Origin: Actinomycetes bacterium
Lineage (GTDB): Bacteria > Actinomycetota > Acidimicrobiia > Acidimicrobiales > Bog-793
Assembly (NCBI GenBank): GCA_021798985.1
Contig: JAJZBI010000011.1
Location: forward strand, 23,775-87,774
Length of the DNA: 64,000 bases
Direction: 5' to 3'
Numbering within the stretch: the first letter of the stretch is position 1; every line of letters starts with the position of its first letter. Under the pieces are notes generated by a model, which had not been told where the DNA came from, did not search any database, and saw only the letters and a list, made by a program, of their open reading frames with translations. Positions 1-8,634 of the stretch are shown one piece after another. The translations under genes were made by a program, and so were the position numbers.

Positions 1-1
1 G

Positions 2-364
2 GTCTCGGGCGCGTGTTTCCTTGTGCGGACGCGCGCCTTCGCCTCAATCGGTGGCTTCGACGAGGCGTACTTCATGTACGTCGAGGACCTCGACTTGTGC
101 TGGCGGCTGCGCCGCGCCGGCTGGAGCGTTCGCTACGTGCCCGAGGCGCGCGTGGTGCACGCACAGGGCCTGTCAGCCGGCCGCCACCCCTACCGCATGC
201 TTGTTGCCCACCACGCCTCGACGTGGCGATTCGCCCGGCGACGGGCGGTGGGCGCCGAGCGATTGGCGCTGCCGGCGATCGGCGGGGGGATCGCGGCGCG
301 CCTTGGCGTGTCGCTCGCCCGCCAGGCGCTGCGCCGCAGCAGTTCGCGCCCTTCAGTGCACTAG
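2..364 (+). CDS. glycosyltransferase family 2, C-terminal fragment (gene begins upstream of window)
   Basis: The ORF is open to the window edge. GGFDEAYFMYVEDLDLCWRLRRAGW is the classic C-terminal GT2 (GT-A) signature. Confidence 0.8.
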   Translation, partial: VSGACFLVRTRAFASIGGFDEAYFMYVEDLDLCWRLRRAGWSVRYVPEARVVHAQGLSAGRHPYRMLVAHHASTWRFARRRAVGAERLALPAIGGGIAARLGVSLARQALRRSSSRPSVH

Positions 365-376
365 GCTGCGCCGACA

Positions 377-1375
377 ATGTCACGTGGTTCTTTTGGGCGT
401 ACGGTCGCGCGGGCTGCCGCGAGCGGCGGCAGCCGCAGCTACCGCGCGCGCCCGCCGGTGCTGTGGTACTTCCTGATGGTGGTCATCGTCGTCGGTGGGG
501 TCTTCCTGATCGGCTACTCGCGCAACCAGCGGCTCCACCAGGCGAGCGCGTCGGTCGCCCCCACCAAGACCGACAACTGGCACGCCGCGCTGGCGATCGA
601 TCTGTGCGGCACCGTGCAGCCCAACCTGCCGGCGAACACGAACCTGTCGACCGCTGGCATCCGGACCTTCGGCGACGGCGTCATCGACGTCGACCCCGGC
701 GCGGTCTCCAACCCGTCGGCCTTCACCGGCAAGCACGCCACGCTCGGCACCTTCATCTCCACCTACGGCCACGGCTTCGCGCTCAGCTCGACGACCTTGA
801 CGATGCCGGCCAAGGCGAGTGCCACTGCCGCCGCAGCCTCCAGCACCACGACGCCGGCAGCCTCCAGCACCACGACGTCGGCGCCCTCGAGCACCTCGAC
901 GACGACCGCCGCCGGCTCCAAGGCGGCGACGTCGACGACGAGCGCGGCGCACCGGGCGAAGACGAAGGCGGTCGCCTCGAGCGCCCCCGGATCGGCGAAG
1001 GCGTCGAGCACGACCACACCCGCCAAGACCGGCACGCCGGCGAGGACCACGCCCGCCAAGACCTCCGCCGGGTCGAGTACCTCGCTCCCGGCGACGACCA
1101 CGACGCTCGTTCCGGTGGCCAAGGGCAAGTCCTATGTCGACGGCCACAGCTGCCCGTCGACGAGCAAGACGCCGGGCACCGCGCACCTCGTGGCCAAGGT
1201 GTGGCCGAGCCCGACGGGCAAGGCTCAGCTCATCACGTCCAACCTCGGGGCGATCCGCCTGACCGACGGCGAGATGATCACGCTCGCCTACGTGCCGAGC
1301 TCGGCGACGATCCCCGCGCCCCCCTCCCGCTCGACGCTGCTCAGCGACCTCGGCACCACGAGCTCGGGCAAGTAG
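377..1375 (+). CDS. membrane-anchored hypothetical protein with Ser/Thr/Ala-rich linker
   Basis: ATG at 377. A basic N-terminus is followed by one hydrophobic helix (VLWYFLMVVIVVGGVFLIGY). A ~110-aa S/T/A low-complexity linker splits two ordered segments. No family recognised. Confidence 0.6.
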   Translation: MSRGSFGRTVARAAASGGSRSYRARPPVLWYFLMVVIVVGGVFLIGYSRNQRLHQASASVAPTKTDNWHAALAIDLCGTVQPNLPANTNLSTAGIRTFGDGVIDVDPGAVSNPSAFTGKHATLGTFISTYGHGFALSSTTLTMPAKASATAAAASSTTTPAASSTTTSAPSSTSTTTAAGSKAATSTTSAAHRAKTKAVASSAPGSAKASSTTTPAKTGTPARTTPAKTSAGSSTSLPATTTTLVPVAKGKSYVDGHSCPSTSKTPGTAHLVAKVWPSPTGKAQLITSNLGAIRLTDGEMITLAYVPSSATIPAPPSRSTLLSDLGTTSSGK

Positions 1376-1410
1376 CCCCCCGTCCGGCCAACGACCACAG
1401 GAGCGCGCAG

Positions 1411-2484
1411 TTGCAGGCATTGGTGCTCGTCGGCGGCGAGGGAACCCGGCTCCGCCCGCTCACCTACGACATCCCCAAGCCGATGCTCCCCGTCGTCGGC
1501 AGCCCGATGATTGGTCGCGTCGTCGAGTGGCTCGCCCGCTATGGCGTCGAGCGCGTCGTCTTCTCGCTCGGCTATCGCGCCGACGCGTTCGCCGAATTCC
1601 TCGGGGGTGAGTGGGCGGGCGTCGAGCTCGACTACGCGGTCGAGTCCGAGCCCCTCGACACCGCCGGCGCAGTGCGCTTCGGGGCGATGGCGGGCGGCCT
1701 CACCGAAGAGCGCTTCCTCGTCATCAACGGGGACGTCCTCACCGACCTCGACCTCGAGAAGCTGATCGCCTTCCACAGGGCCCATGGCGGTGAGGCGACG
1801 ATCTCCCTGACGCCCGTCGAGGACCCCTCGGCCTACGGCGTGGTGCCGACGGACCCCGCCGGGCGCGTCCTCGCCTTCATCGAGAAGCCGCCGCGCGCCG
1901 CGGCACCGACGAATTTCATCAACGCCGGCACCTACGTCCTCGAGCCCTCGGTGCTCGACCGCATCGCCTCGGGGCGGCGTGTCTCGATCGAGCGGGAGGT
2001 CTTCCCTGCCCTCGTCGCCGATCGCCAGCTCTACGCGCAGGCCTCGGACGCCTACTGGCTCGACACGGGCACGCCCGAGCGCTACCTCCAGGCCCACCTC
2101 GACGTGCTCTCCGGCCTTCGCCCCGAGGTCACGCTGCCGCGCCACGTCGAGCGCGACGGGCTGCTGCTCGGCGAGGACGCCCGCTTCGAGGGTCTGCTGC
2201 ACGGCCGGGCCTTCTGCTCGGCCGCCTCCCAGGTCGAGCACGGGGCCGAGCTCGAGAACTCGATCTTGTGCGAGCACGTGCGCATCGACGCTGGCGCCCG
2301 GCTCGTCGAGTCGGTGGTCCTCGCGGGCGCCCACGTCGCTGCCGGTGCGGTCGTCGAGCGCTCGATCGTCGGCCCCCGGGCCGTCGTCGGCGCGTCGGCG
2401 CGGCTGAGCTCGCTCTCGGTCGTCGGCGTCGGCTACGAGGTGCCCGCCGGCGCACACCTCGACAGCGCTCGCCTGCCCGAGTGA
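1411..2484 (+). CDS. manC: mannose-1-phosphate guanylyltransferase-like NDP-sugar pyrophosphorylase
   Basis: TTG 1411 is preceded by GGAG (1400-1403). LVGGEGTRLRPLT nucleotidyltransferase motif with a C-terminal beta-helix-like repeat region. Only the last 357 codons of track ORF 13..2484 are used. Confidence 0.8.
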   Translation: MQALVLVGGEGTRLRPLTYDIPKPMLPVVGSPMIGRVVEWLARYGVERVVFSLGYRADAFAEFLGGEWAGVELDYAVESEPLDTAGAVRFGAMAGGLTEERFLVINGDVLTDLDLEKLIAFHRAHGGEATISLTPVEDPSAYGVVPTDPAGRVLAFIEKPPRAAAPTNFINAGTYVLEPSVLDRIASGRRVSIEREVFPALVADRQLYAQASDAYWLDTGTPERYLQAHLDVLSGLRPEVTLPRHVERDGLLLGEDARFEGLLHGRAFCSAASQVEHGAELENSILCEHVRIDAGARLVESVVLAGAHVAAGAVVERSIVGPRAVVGASARLSSLSVVGVGYEVPAGAHLDSARLPE

Positions 2485-3458
2485 GACTCGCGCCCGTGCG
2501 GGTGCTGATCGCTGGAGGCGCGGGGTTCATCGGCGCCGAGCTCGCCGGCCGGCTCCTCGCCGAGGGGCACGCCGTCGAGGTCGTCGACGACCTGTCGGGC
2601 GGCTCGCTCGCCAACCTCGCCGAGGCGCGGCGCAGCGGCGGCGCGTTCCGCTTCCACCAGCTCGACGTGACGGCCCGGGCCTGCAGCGACCTCGTCGCCC
2701 ACCTGCGGCCGGATGTCGTCTTCCATCTCGCCGGCGCTCGCCCTTCGCTGTGCCGAGCGGATCCTCCCCGCGACGTTGAGATCACCGTGGTCGGCCTGCT
2801 GCGCCTGCTCGAAGGCGCCCGCGCGGCCAGCACGCGCAAGGTCGTGATGGCGAGCTCGTGGACCTGCTACGGCGAGCTAGCCCCGGCCGAGCTCCCCGCC
2901 CATGAGCACCTGGCGATGCGCCCGCTCAGCCCGCACGGGATCGCGAAGCGCAGCGCCGTCGAGTACCTGGCGGCGGCGCGCGAGCGCCACGGCATCGAGT
3001 TCTCGGCGCTCGTCCTCTCCAGCGTCTACGGCCCAGGCCAGCTGGCGTCCGACGAGCCCGGCTGCGTGGCGCGCTTTGCCCGAGCGGCGGCGAGCGGCCG
3101 TCCGCTTCGCATCGAGGGGGACGGCAGCCAGACCCGCGACTTCCTCTACGTCGACGACGCCGTCGACGCCTTATCGCGCGCCGCCGAGCGCGGCAGCGGG
3201 CTCGTCCTCAACGTCGGGACCGGGCGGCCCACGGCGATCAACGAGCTCGCCGCCCGCTTCGCCGCGGCCGTCGCCTCCCCGCTCGCCATCGAGCGTGCCC
3301 CGGCCCGTCCCGACGAGAGCGCGCACATCGCGCTCGACCCTGCCCGGGCGCTGATCCATCTCGGCTGGCGGCCCTTCACACCGCTCGAGGCGGGTGTGGC
3401 CGCGCTGTTCGAGGCTGCCGCTCGAGAACAGGCGGCCATGGGGGAGGTGCACGCATGA
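2481..3458 (+). CDS. NAD-dependent epimerase/dehydratase family protein (UDP-glucose 4-epimerase-like extended SDR)
   Basis: GTG 2481 lies in a GTGA overlap with the upstream stop (alternative GTG at 2496). GGAGFIG Rossmann motif. SPHGIAK (HxxxK) sits where YxxxK is expected. Confidence 0.8.
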   Translation: MRLAPVRVLIAGGAGFIGAELAGRLLAEGHAVEVVDDLSGGSLANLAEARRSGGAFRFHQLDVTARACSDLVAHLRPDVVFHLAGARPSLCRADPPRDVEITVVGLLRLLEGARAASTRKVVMASSWTCYGELAPAELPAHEHLAMRPLSPHGIAKRSAVEYLAAARERHGIEFSALVLSSVYGPGQLASDEPGCVARFARAAASGRPLRIEGDGSQTRDFLYVDDAVDALSRAAERGSGLVLNVGTGRPTAINELAARFAAAVASPLAIERAPARPDESAHIALDPARALIHLGWRPFTPLEAGVAALFEAAAREQAAMGEVHA

Positions 3459-4411
3459 CACATGACGTCGACGGCGGCGGGGCGCGCACCGCCGTGCTGT
3501 GCGGCGGGGTCGGCGCGGCGCGCCTGTTGGCCGGGCTCGTCGCCGTGGTCCCCGCGGCATCGGTGACGGCGATCGTCAACGTCGGCGACGACACCGAGAT
3601 GCACGGCCTGCACATCAGCCCGGATCTCGACACGATCACCTACACCTTGGGGGGCGGCTCGGACACCGAGCGCGGTTGGGGGCTGGCCGGTGAGACCTGG
3701 GCGGCCATGGACCAGCTCGACTTCTACGGCGGTGCCGCCTGGTTCCGCCTCGGCGACCGCGACCTCGGCACCCACCTGTACCGCACGGGGCGTCTCAAGC
3801 AGGGCGCCAGCCTCTCGGCGGTGACGGCCGAGATCACCCAAGCCTGGGGGATCGGGATGACCCTCTTGCCCGTGAGCGACGACCCGGTGCGCACGCGCCT
3901 TGAGCTCGAAGGCGGCGAGGAGGTCGACTTCCAGGAGTACTTCGTCCGCCTGCGCCACTCCGTAGCGGTGCGCGCCGTGCACTTCGTCGGCGCCGAGCAG
4001 GCCAAGGCGGCGCCCGGCGTGCTCGAGGCCCTCGAGGCGGCCGAGACGATCGTGATCGCGCCCTCCAACCCGATCGTCTCGATCGGCCCGGTGCTGGCGG
4101 TGCCCGGCATCACCGAGCTGCTCGCCCGCCGGCGTCGTGACGTCGTGGCGGTCTCGCCGCTCGTGGGGGGCCGGGCGCTCAAGGGTCCGGCGGACCGCCT
4201 CCTCGTCGAGCTCGGCGGGGACGCCTCAGCCGTCGGGGTCGCCGAGGTGCTGACGGGCGTGGCCGGCACCCTCGTCATCGACGTGATCGACGCCGGCCTG
4301 GCCGGATCGGTGGAACAGGCGGGCATGGCGTGCCGGGTCGTCGAGACGGTGATGTCCTCGCCGGCGGCCAGCGCCGCGTTGGCGGCTGCGGTCCTCGCCG
4401 CCCGTCCATGA
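3455..4411 (+). CDS. cofD: 2-phospho-L-lactate transferase (F420 biosynthesis, CofD/FbiA)
   Basis: ATGA overlap with the upstream gene. CofD-type sequence (LCGGVGAARLL, VNVGDD, IAPSNPIVSIGPVL), 318 aa. Confidence 0.9.
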   Translation: MTHDVDGGGARTAVLCGGVGAARLLAGLVAVVPAASVTAIVNVGDDTEMHGLHISPDLDTITYTLGGGSDTERGWGLAGETWAAMDQLDFYGGAAWFRLGDRDLGTHLYRTGRLKQGASLSAVTAEITQAWGIGMTLLPVSDDPVRTRLELEGGEEVDFQEYFVRLRHSVAVRAVHFVGAEQAKAAPGVLEALEAAETIVIAPSNPIVSIGPVLAVPGITELLARRRRDVVAVSPLVGGRALKGPADRLLVELGGDASAVGVAEVLTGVAGTLVIDVIDAGLAGSVEQAGMACRVVETVMSSPAASAALAAAVLAARP

Positions 4412-5139
4412 GTCCGATCTCGCCGGCTCCCGAGCTTGCCGCCGAGGGCCTCAGCGTCCTTCCGGTCCGCGGCCTGCCCGAGGTCCACCCCGGCGACGAC
4501 CTCGCCGGGCTGATCGCCGCGTGCGCGCCACTGCGCGACGGCGACGTCGTCGTCGTCACCCAGAAGGTCGTCTCCAAGGCCGAGGGGCGCATCGTCGCGC
4601 TCGATGCCGCCGACGCCGAAGCGAAGCGCCGCCTGGCCGAGTCCGAGGCGGTGCGCGTGCTGCGCCGGCGCGGCGACCTCGTCGTCACCGAGACCGCGCA
4701 TGGCTTCGTCTGCGCCAACTCCGGGGTCGATTTGTCCAACGTCGAGGCGGGGACCGCCGTGCTGCTGCCCGTCGACCCGGACCGCTCGGCGCGGCGGATC
4801 CGCGACGCCCTCGTGTTTCGCCTGAAGGTTCGCGTCGGCGTGATCGTCTCGGACACCTTCGGCCGGGCGTGGCGGCGCGGCCTGACCGACGTGGCGATCG
4901 GCTGCGCTGGCATCGCCGCCATCTTGGACCTGCGGGGGCGCGCGGATGCCACCGGGCGCGAGCTGCAGGCGACGGAGGTGTGCCTCGCGGACGAGATCGC
5001 CGGCGCCGCCGACCTCGTGATGGCCAAGGCGTCCGGGGTGCCCGTCGCGATCGTGCGCGGCCTCGACGCGTCCGCCTTTCGGGAGTCCTCGGTCGCCGAG
5101 GAGATCGTGCGGCCGCCGGCCGAGGACCTGTTCCGGTGA
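4408..5139 (+). CDS. cofE: coenzyme F420:L-glutamate ligase, single-domain CofE type
   Basis: ATG 4408 lies in an ATGA overlap. VVVVTQKVVSKAEGR, NSGVDLSN and SDTFGRAWR motifs. 243 aa, with no C-terminal nitroreductase-like FbiB domain. Confidence 0.85.
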   Translation: MSPISPAPELAAEGLSVLPVRGLPEVHPGDDLAGLIAACAPLRDGDVVVVTQKVVSKAEGRIVALDAADAEAKRRLAESEAVRVLRRRGDLVVTETAHGFVCANSGVDLSNVEAGTAVLLPVDPDRSARRIRDALVFRLKVRVGVIVSDTFGRAWRRGLTDVAIGCAGIAAILDLRGRADATGRELQATEVCLADEIAGAADLVMAKASGVPVAIVRGLDASAFRESSVAEEIVRPPAEDLFR

Positions 5140-6236
5140 GCGACGCCGTCGAGGGCGGCGTCACCTTGGTGGTCGAGCAGCTGCGCCGGGAGGTCCCCGG
5201 TGGCGTCGGCACCTACGTGCGCGGCCTTCTGGCGGGCCTCGAGGCGCTCGGGAGCACCGCCCCGCCGCGGCGCCTGTTCGCCAGCCGGCCGACGCGGCGC
5301 CCGGACCCGCTGCGCCGGCTCGGCCTGCCCCTCGAGCCGGCCCACCTGCCCGCCCCGGCGGCGCTGGCGGCCTGGCGCCTCGGCCTCGATGGGGTGCGGG
5401 GCCCGGGCGCGCTCACCCACGCGCTGTCCTTTGCGATCCCGCCGAGCGCGGCGCCGCTCGTCGTCACGGTGCACGACCTTGCCTGGAGGGCGCTGCCTGA
5501 CGCCTTCCCGCCGCGAGGCCGGCGCTTCCACGAGGCGGCACTGCGCACCGCGCTGCGCCGCGCGGCGCGCCTGGTCGTCCCCTCGCCCGAGGTCGCCGGC
5601 GCCCTCGTCGCCGCCGGCGCGGACGCCGGGCGCGTGGCGGTCATCGCCGAGGGCGCCGACCACCTCCCCGAGCCCGACCTCGACGGCGCCCGAGCCTTGC
5701 TCGCGCGCCTTGGGGTGGACGGCCCGTTCTACCTGAGCGTCGGCACGCTCGAGCCGCGAAAGAACCTCGCCCGCCTCCTGGCCGCGTATCGCGAGCTGCG
5801 GCGCCAAACGAGGATGCCCTGGCCGCTCGTGGTGATCGGGCCGAAGGGCTGGGGAGAGGGGCTCGGGCCGCTCCCCGAGGGCGCCGTGCTCGGCGGCCGC
5901 TGCAGCGACGGCGTGCTGGCGGGCTGCTACGCGATGGCGTCGTGCTTCGTCTACGTCCCCCTGCTCGAAGGGTTCGGGCTGCCGGTGCTCGAGGCGATGC
6001 GCGCCGGGACCGCTGTGGTGGCCAGCGCAGTGCCGAGCGCCGGGCAGGCGGCACGCGTCGTCGATGCCCGCAGCGTCGCCGCGATCGCCGAGGCGCTTGG
6101 CGAGGTGGCCGCTGATCCGACGCTTCGCGGCGAGCTCGAGCGGGCGGGACGCGCCCACGCCGAGCCGCTGACCTGGCGGGCGTGCGCCGCTGCGCACGTG
6201 GCCGTGTGGGCCGAGGTCGCGGGGGGCGGGCGATGA
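5136..6236 (+). CDS. glycosyltransferase family 4 (GT-B)
   Basis: GTG 5136 lies in a GTGA overlap. EGFGLPVLEAMRAGTAVV GT4 signature. Confidence 0.85.
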   Translation: MSDAVEGGVTLVVEQLRREVPGGVGTYVRGLLAGLEALGSTAPPRRLFASRPTRRPDPLRRLGLPLEPAHLPAPAALAAWRLGLDGVRGPGALTHALSFAIPPSAAPLVVTVHDLAWRALPDAFPPRGRRFHEAALRTALRRAARLVVPSPEVAGALVAAGADAGRVAVIAEGADHLPEPDLDGARALLARLGVDGPFYLSVGTLEPRKNLARLLAAYRELRRQTRMPWPLVVIGPKGWGEGLGPLPEGAVLGGRCSDGVLAGCYAMASCFVYVPLLEGFGLPVLEAMRAGTAVVASAVPSAGQAARVVDARSVAAIAEALGEVAADPTLRGELERAGRAHAEPLTWRACAAAHVAVWAEVAGGGR

Positions 6237-7381
6237 GCGCGGGGTTGCGCGTCGCCCTCGACGTCTCGGCGGTGCCGGCCGAGCCGGTGGGCGCCGGGCG
6301 CTACACGATCAACCTCGCCCGGGCGCTCTCGGCCTGCGCCGCCAACGGGGCGGGGCTCGACCTCGAGCTGCTCGCCCGTCGCGACGACGGGGCGCGCTGG
6401 GGTGAGATCGCGCCGGCGGCGAGCATTCGGCCGGTCGCCCCGAGCGGAGTGGGCCCGCGCCTCGCCTGGGGGGAGTGGGGCCTCGCCGGCGCGCTGCGCC
6501 GGGCCGGTGGCGGCCCGGCCGTGCTGCACGGGCCCCATTACACGATGCCGGCGCGCTCGCCCGTCCCGGTCGTCGTGACGGTGCACGACCTCACCTTCTT
6601 TGACCATCCCGAGTGGCACGAGCGCTCCAAGGTCCTCGTCTTCCGCCGGGCGCTGCGCCGGGCCGCGGCCCGGGCCGATCTCGTGGTCTGCGTCTCGGGC
6701 CCCACCGCGGAGCGCTTCGTCGAGCTCTGCCGGCCGAGCGCGCCGGTGCGCGTCATCCCCCACGGGGTCGACCACGACCGCTTCTCGCCGAGCGAGCCGG
6801 TGGCGGGCGCGGATCTCGCCTGGGGTCGCGAGCTCGGCGTGCCCGAGCGCTACGTCCTACACCTCGGGACGATCGAGCCGCGCAAGAACCTCATCGGCGT
6901 CCTGGCCGCCTTCGAGCGACTGGCGGTCGCGGACGCCGACCTCGAGCTCGTGCTCGTCGGCCGGGAGGCGTGGGGGAGCGCGGCGCTCGACGAGGCGCTC
7001 GGCGCGAGCCCGATGGCCGGGCGCGTCCACCGGCTCGGCTACGTGCGCGACGAGGCGCTGCCGGCGCTCTTGCGCCGCGCCGCGGTGGTCGTCTACCCGG
7101 CCTTCGAGGAGGGCTTCGGGCTTCCCGCCCTCGAGGCGCTCGCCTGCGGCGCGCCGCTTGTGACGAGCGAGGGCAGCGTGATGGCGAAGAATGCCGCCGG
7201 GGCGGCACTCAGTGTGCCCCCCCGAGACGTCCAGGCGCTCACCGAGGCGATCGCCGCCGCCCTGGCGGGCGGAGCAGACCTCGAGCGCCGGCGCCGGCTT
7301 GGCGTCGAGGTCGCCGCCCGCTACAGCTGGCAGGCGAGCGCCGAGGCGCACCTGGCGGCCTACCGCGACGCGACGCTTTAG
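6233..7381 (+). CDS. glycosyltransferase family 4 (GT-B)
   Basis: ATG 6233 lies in an ATGA overlap. EEGFGLPALEALACGAPLV GT4 signature. Confidence 0.85.
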   Translation: MSAGLRVALDVSAVPAEPVGAGRYTINLARALSACAANGAGLDLELLARRDDGARWGEIAPAASIRPVAPSGVGPRLAWGEWGLAGALRRAGGGPAVLHGPHYTMPARSPVPVVVTVHDLTFFDHPEWHERSKVLVFRRALRRAAARADLVVCVSGPTAERFVELCRPSAPVRVIPHGVDHDRFSPSEPVAGADLAWGRELGVPERYVLHLGTIEPRKNLIGVLAAFERLAVADADLELVLVGREAWGSAALDEALGASPMAGRVHRLGYVRDEALPALLRRAAVVVYPAFEEGFGLPALEALACGAPLVTSEGSVMAKNAAGAALSVPPRDVQALTEAIAAALAGGADLERRRRLGVEVAARYSWQASAEAHLAAYRDATL

Positions 7382-7394
7382 TACGGTCGGGACG

Positions 7395-8318
7395 ATGCGA
7401 GCCTTGCTCACCGGTGCGTCGGGCTTCGTCGGCGGTTGGCTGCGCGAGTACCTTGAGACCCAAGGCGACGAGGTGGTGGCGCTTGCCGAGTCGATCGACA
7501 TCCGAGACGCAGCGGCGGTCGCGACTGCGCTCGGCGAACAGGAGCCCGAGGCGGTCTACCACCTCGCCGCACTGACGCATGTGGGCCGCTCGTGGGACGA
7601 GCCGGCCGAGACGTTCAGCGTCAACGCCATGGGCACCTTGAACGTGCTCGAGGCCGCCCGGCGCGTTGCCGAGCCCCCGGTGGTCCTGCTCGTCAGCTCG
7701 GCCGAGGTCTACGGCTCGGTCGGCGACGCGCCGGTGCGCGAGGATGCCCCGCTGCGACCCGTGTCGCCCTATGCCGCGAGCAAGGTCGCGGCGGAGTACC
7801 TCGGCGTCCAGGCCGTGCTCGGCCGCTCCCTGCGGGTCGTCCGGGCGCGGCCGTTCAACCACGTCGGCCCGGGTCAGGCGCCCAACTTCGTCGTCTCGGC
7901 GCTCGCCCGGCGCATCGCGCTCGCCGAGCTCGGCGGCGGGGGAGTGGTGGCCGTCGGTAACCTCGAGCCGCGCCGCGACATCACCGACGTCCGGGACGTC
8001 GTGCGCGCCTATCGCCTGCTCGTCGAGCGGGGCGCACCGGGCGAGGCCTATAACGTCGCCTCCGGCCGCACCGTCACGATCGCCGAGGTCCTCGACGAGC
8101 TCGTCGGCCTCGCCAAATGCCCGATCGAGGTGGTGCAGGACCCGGCGCTCGTGCGCCCGGTCGAGGTCCCGGTGCTCTCGGGCGACGCCACGCGCCTCGC
8201 CGAGCGCACCGGCTGGCGCGCCGAGATCCCGCTCGGCCAGACGCTCGGCGACGTCCTCGAGCACTGGCGTCTCCAGCTGCGCGACGAACCGCCGCCTGGG
8301 GAGCAGCCGGACGCCTGA
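7395..8318 (+). CDS. NAD-dependent epimerase/dehydratase (GDP-mannose 4,6-dehydratase / GDP-4-keto-6-deoxymannose reductase-like)
   Basis: ATG 7395. TGASGFVGGWL Rossmann motif and a canonical SPYAASK (YxxxK) motif. Confidence 0.8.
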   Translation: MRALLTGASGFVGGWLREYLETQGDEVVALAESIDIRDAAAVATALGEQEPEAVYHLAALTHVGRSWDEPAETFSVNAMGTLNVLEAARRVAEPPVVLLVSSAEVYGSVGDAPVREDAPLRPVSPYAASKVAAEYLGVQAVLGRSLRVVRARPFNHVGPGQAPNFVVSALARRIALAELGGGGVVAVGNLEPRRDITDVRDVVRAYRLLVERGAPGEAYNVASGRTVTIAEVLDELVGLAKCPIEVVQDPALVRPVEVPVLSGDATRLAERTGWRAEIPLGQTLGDVLEHWRLQLRDEPPPGEQPDA

Positions 8319-8331
8319 GCGCCTCGAGCTG

Positions 8332-8553
8332 CTAGCGCCGGCCCTGCTGGGCGCGCGTCGCCACCTCGCGCAGCGGTCCGGTGATCGGCTCGGCGAGCGC
8401 GTCGGCGGCCGCCCACAGCCGTGCCAGCAAGTTGGCGTCGCCAAGGCGTCGCTGGCTCGCGCGCACGCGCTGGAGGCCGAGCACCGCCATCCCGACGGCC
8501 AGATAGAGGCCCTCTTCGAGGCTGTGCTCGAGCTCGGCGCGCGGCGTCGTCAT
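8332..8553 (-). CDS. small hypothetical protein (73 aa)
   Basis: Only the 3' end of the 1026-aa antisense track ORF is used. ATG at 8553 (MTTPRAELEH...). Strong G/C third-position bias. No family recognised. Confidence 0.45.
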   Translation of the reverse strand: MTTPRAELEHSLEEGLYLAVGMAVLGLQRVRASQRRLGDANLLARLWAAADALAEPITGPLREVATRAQQGRR

Positions 8554-8634
8554 CGCCAGCAGGCTACCGCCGGCCACGCGGCCGACGGCCCGCCCGGCTA
8601 CGGTTTGCTCCCTGATGCTGGAGCACCCCGCCTG

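Noticed and set aside
13-1410. The upstream two-thirds of the 823-aa track ORF 13..2484 (an Arg/Pro/Gly-rich 'protein').
   Set aside because: It is out of frame with two well-supported genes on the same strand (2-364 GT2 fragment, 377-1375). The composition is typical of a wrong frame in high-G+C DNA. Only the last 357 codons (from TTG 1411, after GGAG) have a recognisable family.
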